Positions 1 through 7,698 of a stretch of 64,000 bases of DNA are shown here, piece by piece. The stretch is from assembly GCA_028704885.1 (NCBI GenBank), contig JAQWEN010000001.1:222679-286678 (forward strand), in the 5' to 3' direction. This stretch comes from Candidatus Shapirobacteria bacterium. Its GTDB lineage: Bacteria > Patescibacteriota > Microgenomatia > UBA12405. A model generated the notes under the pieces. That model was not told where the DNA came from. It ran no database searches and saw nothing but the letters and a program-made list of their open reading frames with translations. Made by a program: the position numbers and the translations under genes. Each line of letters begins with the position of its first letter. Positions within the stretch are counted from its first letter, which is position 1.

Positions 1-421
1 AGAAAATAGTCGGGACAATATGGTGATGGTAGCCAATGAATTGAGAGCTAAAAACAGTTCAAGCTTTGTAGTGGATGAACTTTTTAAAAGAGCCTTAGAA
101 TCGGGACAAAATTGCATAATTGAGAGTATTAGAACGCCAGGGGAAATTGAATCTTTAAGAAAAAAAGGAAATTTTACTTTATTGGCGGTCGATGCTGATC
201 CGAAAATTAGATACGAAAGAATAGTGAAAAGATCAACAACTACCGATGATATAAGTTTTGAAAAATTTTTGGCTGATGAAGAACGCGAAATGAGTTCGGA
301 AGATCCAAATAAACAGAATTTAAAAAAATGTATTGCGATGGCGGATTTTACAATCGTGAATAATAAAGATATTAATTATTTAAATCAACAAATTGAAGAA
401 ATATATGACCAAATTAAATAA
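1..421 (+). CDS. P-loop nucleotide/nucleoside kinase-like protein, C-terminal part (N-terminus lies outside the window)
   Basis: ORF 20..421 has no in-frame stop back to position 2. No Walker A motif is visible, so the N-terminus is probably upstream. The RYERIVKR and lid-like segments and the position next to dCMP deaminase suggest a dNMP kinase-like fold. Confidence 0.3.
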   Translation, partial: ENSRDNMVMVANELRAKNSSSFVVDELFKRALESGQNCIIESIRTPGEIESLRKKGNFTLLAVDADPKIRYERIVKRSTTTDDISFEKFLADEEREMSSEDPNKQNLKKCIAMADFTIVNNKDINYLNQQIEEIYDQIK

Positions 422-893
422 AAGACCTACTTGGGATGAATATTTTATTAAAATTGCGGCATTGGTTTCTGAAAGATCGACTTGTTTAAGACATCATGTG
501 GGAGCGATTATTGTCAAAGATCGAAGAGTTTTAACTACTGGTTACAACGGAGCACCGGCTGGAGTTAAAGATTGTTTGGAACTTGGTTGTTTAAGAAATC
601 AATTAAATATTCCTTCCGGTGAAAGACATGAAATTTGTCGAGCTATTCATGGTGAACAAAATGCCATTATTCAAGCTGCCAAATATGGTGAAGATGTTTC
701 TGGTGGAACAATTTATTGTACCCACAGTCCGTGTATTATTTGTACAAAAATGATGATTAATGCTGGGATTAAAAAAATTGTAACTTATGGTAACTATCCT
801 GATATTGGCGGAGTTCAAGAATTGTTAAAAGAAGCGGGAGTGGAATTTGTCTTAGTTGAAAAACCAGGAGAAAAGATAAACTTTTTGGATTAG
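393..893 (+). CDS. comEB: deoxycytidylate (dCMP) deaminase, ComEB family
   Basis: Zinc-binding cytidine/dCMP deaminase motifs HGEQNAI and PCIICTKMM (H-x-E ... PC-x-x-C). Length 166 aa. Confidence 0.8.
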   Translation: MKKYMTKLNKRPTWDEYFIKIAALVSERSTCLRHHVGAIIVKDRRVLTTGYNGAPAGVKDCLELGCLRNQLNIPSGERHEICRAIHGEQNAIIQAAKYGEDVSGGTIYCTHSPCIICTKMMINAGIKKIVTYGNYPDIGGVQELLKEAGVEFVLVEKPGEKINFLD

Positions 894-902
894 AATTAAT
901 TT

Positions 903-1241
903 ATGATCGATTATTTAAATCAGCAGCTAAAAGAAATTAACGAAAAAATAAAGAGTGGGGAGAGTCAAAACTGGAAATTGATTCTAGAACACCATCGGGA
1001 AGCAATAAAATTTATGCAGCATGAAAGACTAATTCATTTATTGGTGACTTTGGCTTTTGGAATTTTGTTTGTGATATCGATGATGTTTAGTTTGGTTTGT
1101 TCGTCTTGGTTGTTGATGGTAGTAGATTTTTTGCTGTTGATTTTATTAGTGCCGTACATTTTCCATTATTTTAGATTGGAAAATGGAGTTCAAAAACTAT
1201 ACTGGATTGATAAGTTAATTCAAAAAAAGATTGAAGTTTAA
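903..1241 (+). CDS. hypothetical small membrane protein
   Basis: 112-aa ORF with two hydrophobic helices (LVTLAFGILFVISMMFSLV, VVDFLLLILLVPYIF). Confidence 0.35.
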   Translation: MIDYLNQQLKEINEKIKSGESQNWKLILEHHREAIKFMQHERLIHLLVTLAFGILFVISMMFSLVCSSWLLMVVDFLLLILLVPYIFHYFRLENGVQKLYWIDKLIQKKIEV

Positions 1242-1415
1242 CGACGGCCGCGATTGATGGTTCCCATGCGAGCATTGGGTTTGAAATTGACAGGGGCCTT
1301 GGTTCCAGGAAAATTTGGGATTTCTGGTTTAATAAAACCCTTAGTAATAGTCGACCTGTTGTCGTTTTTTGGTTTTTGTGATGATCTACTCATAATTCAA
1401 TTATATAATAATTGA

Positions 1416-1595
1416 TTATTTTAGTTTAGCTGATTCTTTGTGTTCAGTTCGCTTTTTGCACCAATTACAATATTTGACAAATTTTAGCTTGTCAGGAGTA
1501 TTGGTTTTATTTTTTTCAGTTAAATAATTTTGAGCGCCGCAGACCGAACAGACTAGGGCAATCAAAATACGTGGTGTTTTTTTAGATTTAGACAT
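1416..1595 (-). CDS. rpmG: 50S ribosomal protein L33
   Basis: 59-aa ORF not in the ORF track (shorter than 60 aa). Manual translation gives MSKSKKTPRILIALVCSVCGAQNYLTEKNKTNTPDKLKFVKYCNWCKKRTEHKESAKLK. This matches the L33 C-x2-C ... C-x2-C zinc ribbon and the conserved KNKxNxPxxLELKKYC pattern. Confidence 0.75.
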   Translation of the reverse strand: MSKSKKTPRILIALVCSVCGAQNYLTEKNKTNTPDKLKFVKYCNWCKKRTEHKESAKLK

Positions 1596-1622
1596 GCTGG
1601 TAGTTTATCAAGTTTCTTAAAA

Positions 1623-1943
1623 TTAGCCAAGACTGTAATTTACCTTGTCTTGCTTGTATTTTTTGATTTGTTTTTCCAATTGCTCCCGCATGCCAACTAT
1701 GGCCGAAACTAATTTAATATTATTGCATTCGGCAAAAAGGTGACCATCTTTACCAGGAAGGGCGATATCAAATTTAGTTTTGAAATGCTGGTATTTATCT
1801 CTTTCGAGATGAAGAAAGCCAGTTTTGATTTCTTCATTGAAATTAATAAGAAGCTGGTCGAGCTTGTGGACAAGTTTCTTATCGACCATATCCTTTATTT
1901 TCTGGGAAACATTTAAGTTAACACTGTTGATCTGTACGTTCAT
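1623..1943 (-). CDS. hpf: ribosome hibernation promoting factor / RaiA (sigma-54 modulation protein family)
   Basis: N-terminus MNVQINSVNLNVSQKIKDMVDKKL matches the HPF/YfiA beta-alpha-beta start (MNIxIxGxNxEITxALREYVEKKL). Length 106 aa. Confidence 0.65.
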   Translation of the reverse strand: MNVQINSVNLNVSQKIKDMVDKKLVHKLDQLLINFNEEIKTGFLHLERDKYQHFKTKFDIALPGKDGHLFAECNNIKLVSAIVGMREQLEKQIKKYKQDKVNYSLG

Positions 1944-2034
1944 ATAGATCTCCTATTTAACTTATAAATAAAAATTGGCGAGTGTGTCTGATTCACTATT
2001 ATTCTAACATTTTCTGAAGGAAAACTGAAATTTT

Positions 2035-2379
2035 TTATTCAGTGATGGTTTGGATGATGTCGTTGCAATCGGAGCGGAGATTATTGGTTTCGGTGAAAAT
2101 ATCGTTAAATTTTGGTTCGGTGGTCTTATAAACACGACTATCTTTGGCAGTTAAAGTAACTTCTAATTTACGTTTCTGAAAAATAGATTTAATTTGACAA
2201 TTTTGGATTAAATTAACAGCCTCTGGCCAAGTAATTTCAATAACCGGAGAGAGGGTTATTTCAATAGTTCCCTGATCAACAGGCTTATCTTTTTTGGTAA
2301 GACCAAAAATACAGATTATTAAAGCAGAGAGAATTAAAACAAGAAGAGAAATGTAAATTGTTAGTCTAATTTTGGTCAC
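2035..2379 (-). CDS. hypothetical membrane-anchored protein
   Basis: N-terminal TM helix (IYISLLVLILSALIICIFGL); ORF abuts the upstream gene. Confidence 0.35.
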   Translation of the reverse strand: MTKIRLTIYISLLVLILSALIICIFGLTKKDKPVDQGTIEITLSPVIEITWPEAVNLIQNCQIKSIFQKRKLEVTLTAKDSRVYKTTEPKFNDIFTETNNLRSDCNDIIQTITE

Positions 2380-2966
2380 TAATTAAGTGTAGCAGAGGAG
2401 GTGGAAGTTGACGTGGCAGATGTTTGGTAGATGAAGTTTCTTTCGAGGGTAATTGTTTTGTCGATGACAGTACTTTTAATTTTAATTTGAAGCTGTTTTT
2501 TACCTGGAGTGAGATTATAAAGACAAATATCATTATTATTAAAATCAGACCAAGAATCGGTGCCGAGTTTATATGACCAAGTAACTGGACAATATTTACC
2601 ATCGGTAGAAATATTAATACAAACATTATCAGAAGTGACAATTTCGCCTTCTTGAGGAGATAAAATTTCGATTGGTCCAATTTCTTTTTTACATTCTGCT
2701 CTGGATGGTAATGGCATTGGGGTTGTTTTAGTGTTGGTAACAGTGGAATTGGTAGCGGTGGGATTGTCAATGATTACTTGAATTGGAGCAGAAGTCGGAG
2801 TTGCTGTTTCAACTTTTTCTTTTTGAGCTTTAATATTATTCATGTTAACTAAAATAACAGTTAACATCATGGGTACTGAAAGAGCCGCGGTAATTAATTC
2901 GATGTGTCTCTTTTTGTCGGGGAGGCCACTATACCATTTTTTAATTTTTGGAAAAATATTTTTCAT
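2379..2966 (-). CDS. hypothetical secreted or membrane-anchored Thr-rich protein with Cys pairs
   Basis: TM or signal anchor (ITAALSVPMMLTVILV), a T/P-rich linker and spaced cysteines. No recognisable catalytic motif. Confidence 0.4.
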   Translation of the reverse strand: MKNIFPKIKKWYSGLPDKKRHIELITAALSVPMMLTVILVNMNNIKAQKEKVETATPTSAPIQVIIDNPTATNSTVTNTKTTPMPLPSRAECKKEIGPIEILSPQEGEIVTSDNVCINISTDGKYCPVTWSYKLGTDSWSDFNNNDICLYNLTPGKKQLQIKIKSTVIDKTITLERNFIYQTSATSTSTSSATLN

Positions 2967-3029
2967 GGGGCGTTGAATATTTAAGGATAGTATTGTATCA
3001 GACGAAAAGGAAGATGCAATTTACTTTTG

Positions 3030-3112
3030 CGGAGGGGACAGGAGTTGAACCTGCATGCCCTTGCGGGCGCTTGTTTTCAAAACAAGTTCCTTACCATTCG
3101 GAGCACCCCTCC
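3030..3112 (-). tRNA. tRNA-Ser (anticodon TGA)
   Basis: The reverse complement folds as a class II tRNA. Acceptor is GGAGGGG/CCCCTCC, the anticodon stem-loop is CTTGT-TTTGAAA-ACAAG (anticodon UGA), there is a long variable arm, and the T-loop is TTCAACT. Confidence 0.75.
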
Positions 3113-3154
3113 TTCGCAAAGCTTCGGATGGGCGATGCCCTCCTAACTTTTTTG

Positions 3155-3227
3155 AGCCCAGATTGGAACTCGAATCCAAGACCTTCCCCTTACCAAGGGG
3201 ATGCTCTACCAACTGAGCTATCTGGGC
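3155..3227 (-). tRNA. tRNA-Thr (anticodon GGT)
   Basis: Reverse complement is GCCCAGATAGCTCAGTTGGTAGAGCATCCCCTTGGTAAGGGGAAGGTCTTGGATTCGAGTTCCAATCTGGGCT. It is a 73-nt cloverleaf with anticodon loop TTGGTAA. Confidence 0.75.
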
Positions 3228-3271
3228 ACAGTGATACTTTGGTATTGTATCAAAATAATTTAGAAAAAATG

Positions 3272-3344
3272 AGCCTGAGGTCAGATTTGGACTGACGACC
3301 TGCTGTTTACAAAACAGCTGCTCTACCACTGAGCTACTCAGGCA
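3272..3344 (-). tRNA. tRNA-Thr (anticodon TGT)
   Basis: Reverse complement is GCCTGAGTAGCTCAGTGGTAGAGCAGCTGTTTTGTAAACAGCAGGTCGTCAGTCCAAATCTGACCTCAGGCT. Anticodon loop TTTGTAA; canonical D and T arms. Confidence 0.75.
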
Positions 3345-3390
3345 ACAGATTATTATATCAAGAGGATTAAAAATTAAGGTAAAATAGAGA

Positions 3391-4533
3391 ATGACAAAAA
3401 AGAAAGTTTTAGTCTTGACTGATCATATGCCTTGGGGACATAGGTCAATAGCTAAGGCGATATTTAACTATCTTAAAGCTAATGAAAAAGATTCGAATTA
3501 TGAAGTTGTTTATTCAGAAATAAAAGCGGAAACCGGTTTTGGAGATGATTTATACACTTTTGCTTATCGTTATCTTCCAGCTTCGAACAGATTAGCTCAT
3601 CGGGTTTTTGATAAAAAATTTGCCAGAGATTTAATGCGTAAAACTTCGGCTTTTAATTTACCAAGATTAAAGAAGGAAATTAATAAAATTAAGCCAGATT
3701 TGATAATTTCAGCTTATTTTTTTCATTCTCATAGTTTGGCTGGCTGGAAAAAAGAAGAAAAGAAAAAATTTAAATTATGGACAGTAGTAGCTGACCCTTG
3801 GACTATTAATCCAATTTCTTTTGTTAAGGGTTGTGATTTGAGTATAGTTTATGACCAAATTGGTGAAGATTTGGCTAAAAAATATGAGATTAAAAGTGAT
3901 CAGATTTTGAAGACTGGGTGGTGGGTAAGACCGGAGATGTATCAAAAAATTGACAAACAGGCAGCAAGAAAAAAGCTAGGAATTAATGACGATAGACCAG
4001 TTATTTTTGTAGGAGGAGGAAGTTTGGGAACTAATTCTCTGACTAAATTACTACCAACACTGATTTTTATTAAGAAAAAAGTAGCTTTTGTAATTAATAC
4101 AGGAGTGGATAAGTTTGCTTATAAAATGGTGGAAAGTTATATTAAGATTTTATCTAAAATGAGAAAAGATGATAACGTTTATATTAAAAATATGGGTTGG
4201 ATTGATAATATGGCAGAAGTTTTGGGAGCGGCGGATATTGTTTTTGGAAAAGCTGGTCCAAATTTTTTATTTGATGTGGTGGCTTGTCAAAAACCATTTG
4301 TGGCAATTACTCATATTGGAGGGCAGGAAGATGGAAATATCGACTTAATAAGAAAAAAGAATTTAGGGTGGGTTAGGGAAAAAAGCAGTGATTTGGTAAA
4401 TTTTTTATATCGATATCTTGATGATCCAAAATATTTTGAAAAAAAGTTTAAAAAATCGATTGAAGAAGAGGCACTGAATAACCAAAAAAGTTTGAAAATA
4501 ATTTTAGATCGAGTGAAAAAAGATTTGGAATAA
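3391..4533 (+). CDS. GT28-family glycosyltransferase (MGDG synthase / UgtP-like diacylglycerol glycosyltransferase; MurG-related fold)
   Basis: N-terminus KVLVLTDHMPWGHRSIAKAIF matches the MGDG-synthase/UgtP N-domain (VLILTxxxGxGHxxxAKAL). Length 380 aa and a C-terminal GT-B half. Confidence 0.55.
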   Translation: MTKKKVLVLTDHMPWGHRSIAKAIFNYLKANEKDSNYEVVYSEIKAETGFGDDLYTFAYRYLPASNRLAHRVFDKKFARDLMRKTSAFNLPRLKKEINKIKPDLIISAYFFHSHSLAGWKKEEKKKFKLWTVVADPWTINPISFVKGCDLSIVYDQIGEDLAKKYEIKSDQILKTGWWVRPEMYQKIDKQAARKKLGINDDRPVIFVGGGSLGTNSLTKLLPTLIFIKKKVAFVINTGVDKFAYKMVESYIKILSKMRKDDNVYIKNMGWIDNMAEVLGAADIVFGKAGPNFLFDVVACQKPFVAITHIGGQEDGNIDLIRKKNLGWVREKSSDLVNFLYRYLDDPKYFEKKFKKSIEEEALNNQKSLKIILDRVKKDLE

Positions 4534-4705
4534 AGAAGGTCCCACCAAAAGTTTTCTTCAATATTGGCTTTTCCATACTAAAAAATAGCGGAAAACTCTT
4601 TTAAGGCGCAAACCCTAAAAATATGCCTTCCTTTTCAGATGGATAGTTAGAAAAAACACCTTCTTAAAGTTCTGCTTTTGATAGGACTCCATATTTTAAC
4701 ATTTT

Positions 4706-4714
4706 TGGTATAAT
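4706..4714 (+). promoter_or_regulatory. extended -10 promoter element TGGTATAAT, 6 nt upstream of the ATG (probably leaderless)
   Basis: TGnTATAAT match. The same GGTATAAT motif recurs upstream of several genes in this window. Confidence 0.3.
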
Positions 4715-4720
4715 TTAGCC

Positions 4721-4942
4721 ATGAAAAATAAAGTCAAAATTACCAAAGATATTCTAATTTTAGATTTAATTGAGCAAAATCCAGCTTTGACTGAGGTTTT
4801 GACACAAGATTATGGACTTCATTGCATTGGTTGTATGGCGGCTTCGATGGAGACCTTGGAACAAGGGGCTTTGACGCATGGAATGACCGAAGATCAGATA
4901 AATAAAATGGTCGACGAATTAAACAAAAGATCAGACAAGTAA
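4721..4942 (+). CDS. DUF1858-type redox-active disulfide protein (hybrid-cluster-protein-associated family)
   Basis: 73 aa with a CIGC CxxC motif and the conserved ILxLDLIEQNPxxxEVL start of the DUF1858 family. Confidence 0.5.
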   Translation: MKNKVKITKDILILDLIEQNPALTEVLTQDYGLHCIGCMAASMETLEQGALTHGMTEDQINKMVDELNKRSDK

Positions 4943-5533
4943 AGATAAGACAAATTTGACGATAGGTGACATGATGGTTTGGAAAATTGGGGTGCCACCA
5001 ATTGGAAGAAAAACTAAAATAATCAAAAGAATAAATCCGTAACGATCAAAAGTTTCCTGCCATTGAAGTGATTTTTCCTGAGGGAGAAGATTTAAAAATA
5101 TTTTGGAACCATCTAATGGGGGGATTGGCAAAAGATTAAAAACAGCCAAAGAAACGTTAATTAAAATTAAAAGATAAAGTAAGATATTTTGGACGCCAAA
5201 GATTTTAGAGACAAGGGAACAAAGAACGGCAAGTAAGATATTGCCGACTGGTCCGGCTAGAGAAATTAAAATTTCATCTTTTTTAGGATTTTTAAGATTG
5301 TAAGGATCAATTGGAACGGGTTTAGCCCAACCAATAGTAGAGATGCCGGTAAAAGCGCTTAATAAGGGTAAAAGAATGGTGCCAACTGGATCAGCATGGG
5401 CAAGAGGATTTAAAGTTAGTCGACCAAAAGAGCGAGGGGTTGGGTCACCAAGACGGTCGGCGGTTAGGGCATGACAAAATTCATGAATAGTAATACTGAT
5501 GATGAGGGCGATGAAAGAAAAAATATTTACCAT
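4931..5533 (-). CDS. M50-family site-2 protease-like zinc metalloprotease (membrane)
   Basis: HEFCH HExxH motif inside a TM helix, a downstream LDG motif (PPLDGSKIF), and about five TM segments. Confidence 0.7.
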   Translation of the reverse strand: MVNIFSFIALIISITIHEFCHALTADRLGDPTPRSFGRLTLNPLAHADPVGTILLPLLSAFTGISTIGWAKPVPIDPYNLKNPKKDEILISLAGPVGNILLAVLCSLVSKIFGVQNILLYLLILINVSLAVFNLLPIPPLDGSKIFLNLLPQEKSLQWQETFDRYGFILLIILVFLPIGGTPIFQTIMSPIVKFVLSLLV

Positions 5534-5571
5534 ATTTCAAAAAATAAGTTGATTTGATATTATACCTTACT

Positions 5572-5778
5572 ATGAGAACATGTAGTTTATGTAACAAGGG
5601 AACCAAGATTGGTCAAAACCGATCACACGCCCAAAATAGAACACCTAGAACTTTTATGGCTAACATTCAAAAAGTTACCTTAACTGTGGGTGAGGATAAA
5701 ATTAGCGGTAGTTTTTGTACTAAGTGCTTGAAAAGAATCAAGAAAGAAACAAAAGAACAAAAAACGGCACTTAAATAA
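5572..5778 (+). CDS. rpmB: 50S ribosomal protein L28
   Basis: MRTCSLCNKGTKIGQNRSHAQNRTPRTFMANIQKV matches the L28 signature (C-x2-C ... GNNRSHAxNxTKRxFxPNLQ). The ORF-track start at 5554 is a TTG; the ATG at 5572 is preferred. Confidence 0.8.
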   Translation: MRTCSLCNKGTKIGQNRSHAQNRTPRTFMANIQKVTLTVGEDKISGSFCTKCLKRIKKETKEQKTALK

Positions 5779-5807
5779 GCACCGTTTTAAGTTTGAAACT
5801 TCACTTT

Positions 5808-5909
5808 TTACTTTTTCTTAGTTTTTTTAGCTACTTTCTTTTTGGCGACTTTTTTAACGACTTTTTTCTTAGCTACTTTTTTGGCAGCTTTCTTTTTTTT
5901 GACTGGCAT
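5808..5909 (-). CDS. unannotated 33-aa Lys/Ala-rich basic peptide
   Basis: Manual translation gives MPVKKKKAAKKVAKKKVVKKVAKKKVAKKTKKK. A perfect Shine-Dalgarno AAGGAGG sits 8 nt upstream of the ATG. The ORF is below the track length cutoff. Confidence 0.45.
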   Translation of the reverse strand: MPVKKKKAAKKVAKKKVVKKVAKKKVAKKTKKK

Positions 5910-6198
5910 ATTGTTTACCTCCTTAATATTAATTAAAAAGTATTTAAATAAAATGTCAAAAAATCAAAATCCTATCTTTAGGATAAATTTGATTTTTATT
6001 AAAGTAGATTTGAGATAATTTTTACAAATTTTTTAATAAATTATTCCTATTTATTGGCTAAATTTAAAAATGCAAAAAATTTAAATTTGAAATTTTTAAT
6101 TTTTAAATATTGATAAAAAGACGGAAGCTTACAGAAAAAAGACAATTCATTAATGGTGAAATTTTCCAATAAATTTAAAAAATGAATTTAAATTTAGC

Positions 6199-7044
6199 CT
6201 ATTTTTCGGATTTATCTATAGTGTAGTATTTGGAAATTTCTGACCAAGGAGTAATTTTTTTTCCTTCGATTTGGACTAAGGTTCGGTTAAACATCTTCAT
6301 TTTTAATTTTTGATTTTGCTGATTAGTGACAAAGGTCCAAGCAATTGGCCAGGGATTAAGAGCATTAATAAAGCGATTAATTTTGGACTGGTCCCAAGTC
6401 CAATCAATTTGGGCATTATCTTTATTTAATTTAGGAAAATAAGTTTTTTGAGTGTGATCTTGCTCCTGAAGAGATTTAGGATTTAAGATATATGATTTAA
6501 GAATGGTCTCAAGATTTTTAGCGGCAAGATCAAAAGCTTTTTGATAAAAAGTAGCAGCGGTTTCGTCTGGACTGATTTCAAAGGGAATCTGGGTGATAAT
6601 GGGACCGTGATCAGGTAAAGCGTCAATTTGAAAAAAGGTGACGGCGGATTTGGTCTCGCCATTAATTATCTGCCAAGGACCAGGGGTGGCACCGCGATAT
6701 TTTGGTAACGGAGATGGGTGAATATTGATGATTTTTAATTTTGGGATATCAATCATTTCTTGATCGAAATAAGGAGGGCCAAAGGCAACACAAACACCGA
6801 GATCTAATTTTAAATTTTTAATTTTTAATTTGAAATCGGGAGTAAATTCTTCGACTTGAAGAAGATTTAGATTGTTTTGATTGGAAAAGGCAGCCACGGG
6901 ATTGGCGGTAATTTCTTGATCTCGACCAACCGGCTTGTCAATTTTGGTAATAACAGCAGAAATATTAAAATCTTTAATTTCTAAGATTTTTTTTAAAATT
7001 ACAACAGAATGTTTGGATGAACCGAAAAAAATGAGGTTAGTCAT
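6199..7044 (-). CDS. fmt: methionyl-tRNA formyltransferase
   Basis: Formyl-transferase N-domain (IFFGSSKHSVVILKKIL ... VITKIDKPVGR) and C-domain. Contains an in-frame insertion PDFKLKIKNLKLDLG encoded by a dispersed AT repeat. Confidence 0.85.
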   Translation of the reverse strand: MTNLIFFGSSKHSVVILKKILEIKDFNISAVITKIDKPVGRDQEITANPVAAFSNQNNLNLLQVEEFTPDFKLKIKNLKLDLGVCVAFGPPYFDQEMIDIPKLKIINIHPSPLPKYRGATPGPWQIINGETKSAVTFFQIDALPDHGPIITQIPFEISPDETAATFYQKAFDLAAKNLETILKSYILNPKSLQEQDHTQKTYFPKLNKDNAQIDWTWDQSKINRFINALNPWPIAWTFVTNQQNQKLKMKMFNRTLVQIEGKKITPWSEISKYYTIDKSEK

Positions 7045-7071
7045 GATGTTATTTTATCAGGGTTTTGCTTA

Positions 7072-7099
7072 GTAGAGACGTTGCATGCAACGTCTCTAC
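7072..7099. promoter_or_regulatory. 28-nt perfect palindrome GTAGAGACGTTGCATGCAACGTCTCTAC in the divergent fmt/def intergenic region
   Basis: Exact inverted repeat read directly from the sequence. It lies between the divergently transcribed fmt (start 7044) and def (start 7129). Confidence 0.4.
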
Positions 7100-7128
7100 G
7101 GATAATATTTAGTTTGCTAAAATAGCTT

Positions 7129-7698
7129 ATGAGAAAAATAGTGATTTATCCGGCAGAAATTTTAAGACAAAGGACTGAAGAAATTAAAAATGTCGATAAA
7201 AAATTACTGGAAGAAATTGAAGATTTAAAAAAGATATTACAAAATGGCGATAATGCAGCGGGTTTAGCGGCGCCACAAATTGGAGTAAATAAAAGATTTT
7301 TTGGAGGTAAGGAGATTGGCAAGGGAAATGTTGGGGTTTTTATTAATCCTAGAATTGAAAAAGTTTACGGAGAAAAAGTCTATCCAAAATTAATTGACGA
7401 AAATAAAAAAGAAGAAGATTTTCTGGAAGGGTGTTTGTCTTTTCCGGGGTTTTTTGGAACGGTAAAAAGATTTTTGAAAATAGATGTGTCTTGGGATGAG
7501 ATTGGATCTCAGATCTCAAATTTCAGATTTCAGAGAAAAAAGAAGACTCTTAGTGGTTTTGAGGCGATAGTTTTCCAACATGAACTGGATCATTTAGAAG
7601 GAATTGTGTTTATTGATCATATTAAAGAAGAAAAAGGAAAATTTTTCAAAGATATTGGCGGGGAAATGGAAAAGTGGAGTTTAGAGATTTTTGAGTAA
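7129..7698 (+). CDS. def: peptide deformylase
   Basis: Motifs GLAAPQIG, EGCLSFPG and HELDHLEG (the three PDF motifs). Contains an in-frame insertion of about 9 aa (GSQISNFRFQ) encoded by a TCAGAT-NTCAG repeat. Confidence 0.9.
   Translation: MRKIVIYPAEILRQRTEEIKNVDKKLLEEIEDLKKILQNGDNAAGLAAPQIGVNKRFFGGKEIGKGNVGVFINPRIEKVYGEKVYPKLIDENKKEEDFLEGCLSFPGFFGTVKRFLKIDVSWDEIGSQISNFRFQRKKKTLSGFEAIVFQHELDHLEGIVFIDHIKEEKGKFFKDIGGEMEKWSLEIFE

Noticed and set aside
603-818. Antisense or shadow ORFs inside confidently called genes (e.g. 603..818, 8532..8756, 8940..9245, 10149..10385, 12305..12538, 14446..14628, 15970..16674, 18122..18475, 18788..19021, 19402..19605, 21893..22138, 25498..25710, 25901..26098, 26803..27018, 27264..27521, 29769..30040, 32190..32672, 33419..34150, 35019..35417, 35686..35943, 38918..39343, 40425..41249, 42147..42452, 44707..44964, 46597..46803, 48839..50209, 53023..53298, 54429..54614, 55860..56054, 58217..58557, 58973..59218)
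   Set aside because: Each lies inside or opposite a gene with strong family motifs. They have low-complexity or hydrophobic translations typical of AT-rich antisense frames.
1238-1393. 51-aa minus-strand ORF (MSRSSQKPKNDNRSTITKGF ...) downstream of rpmG, a candidate SecE-position gene
   Set aside because: No TM helix as expected for SecE, no RBS, and no recognisable motif. Kept only as a possibility.
2366-2770. ORF 2366..2770 (-) overlapping 2379..2966 in another frame
   Set aside because: The longer frame has a coherent signal anchor plus domain architecture. The shorter is an overlapping alternative frame.
2948-3329. ORFs 2948..3295 (+) and 3021..3329 (-) predicted across the tRNA-Ser/Thr/Thr cluster
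   Set aside because: They overlap three well-formed tRNA genes and have no protein-like features. They are spurious ORFs..
5761-5790. Hairpin AAAACGG ... CCGTTTT at the rpmB stop as a terminator
   Set aside because: The stem is AT-rich, only 7 bp, with a 14-nt loop and partly inside the coding sequence. The evidence is not convincing.
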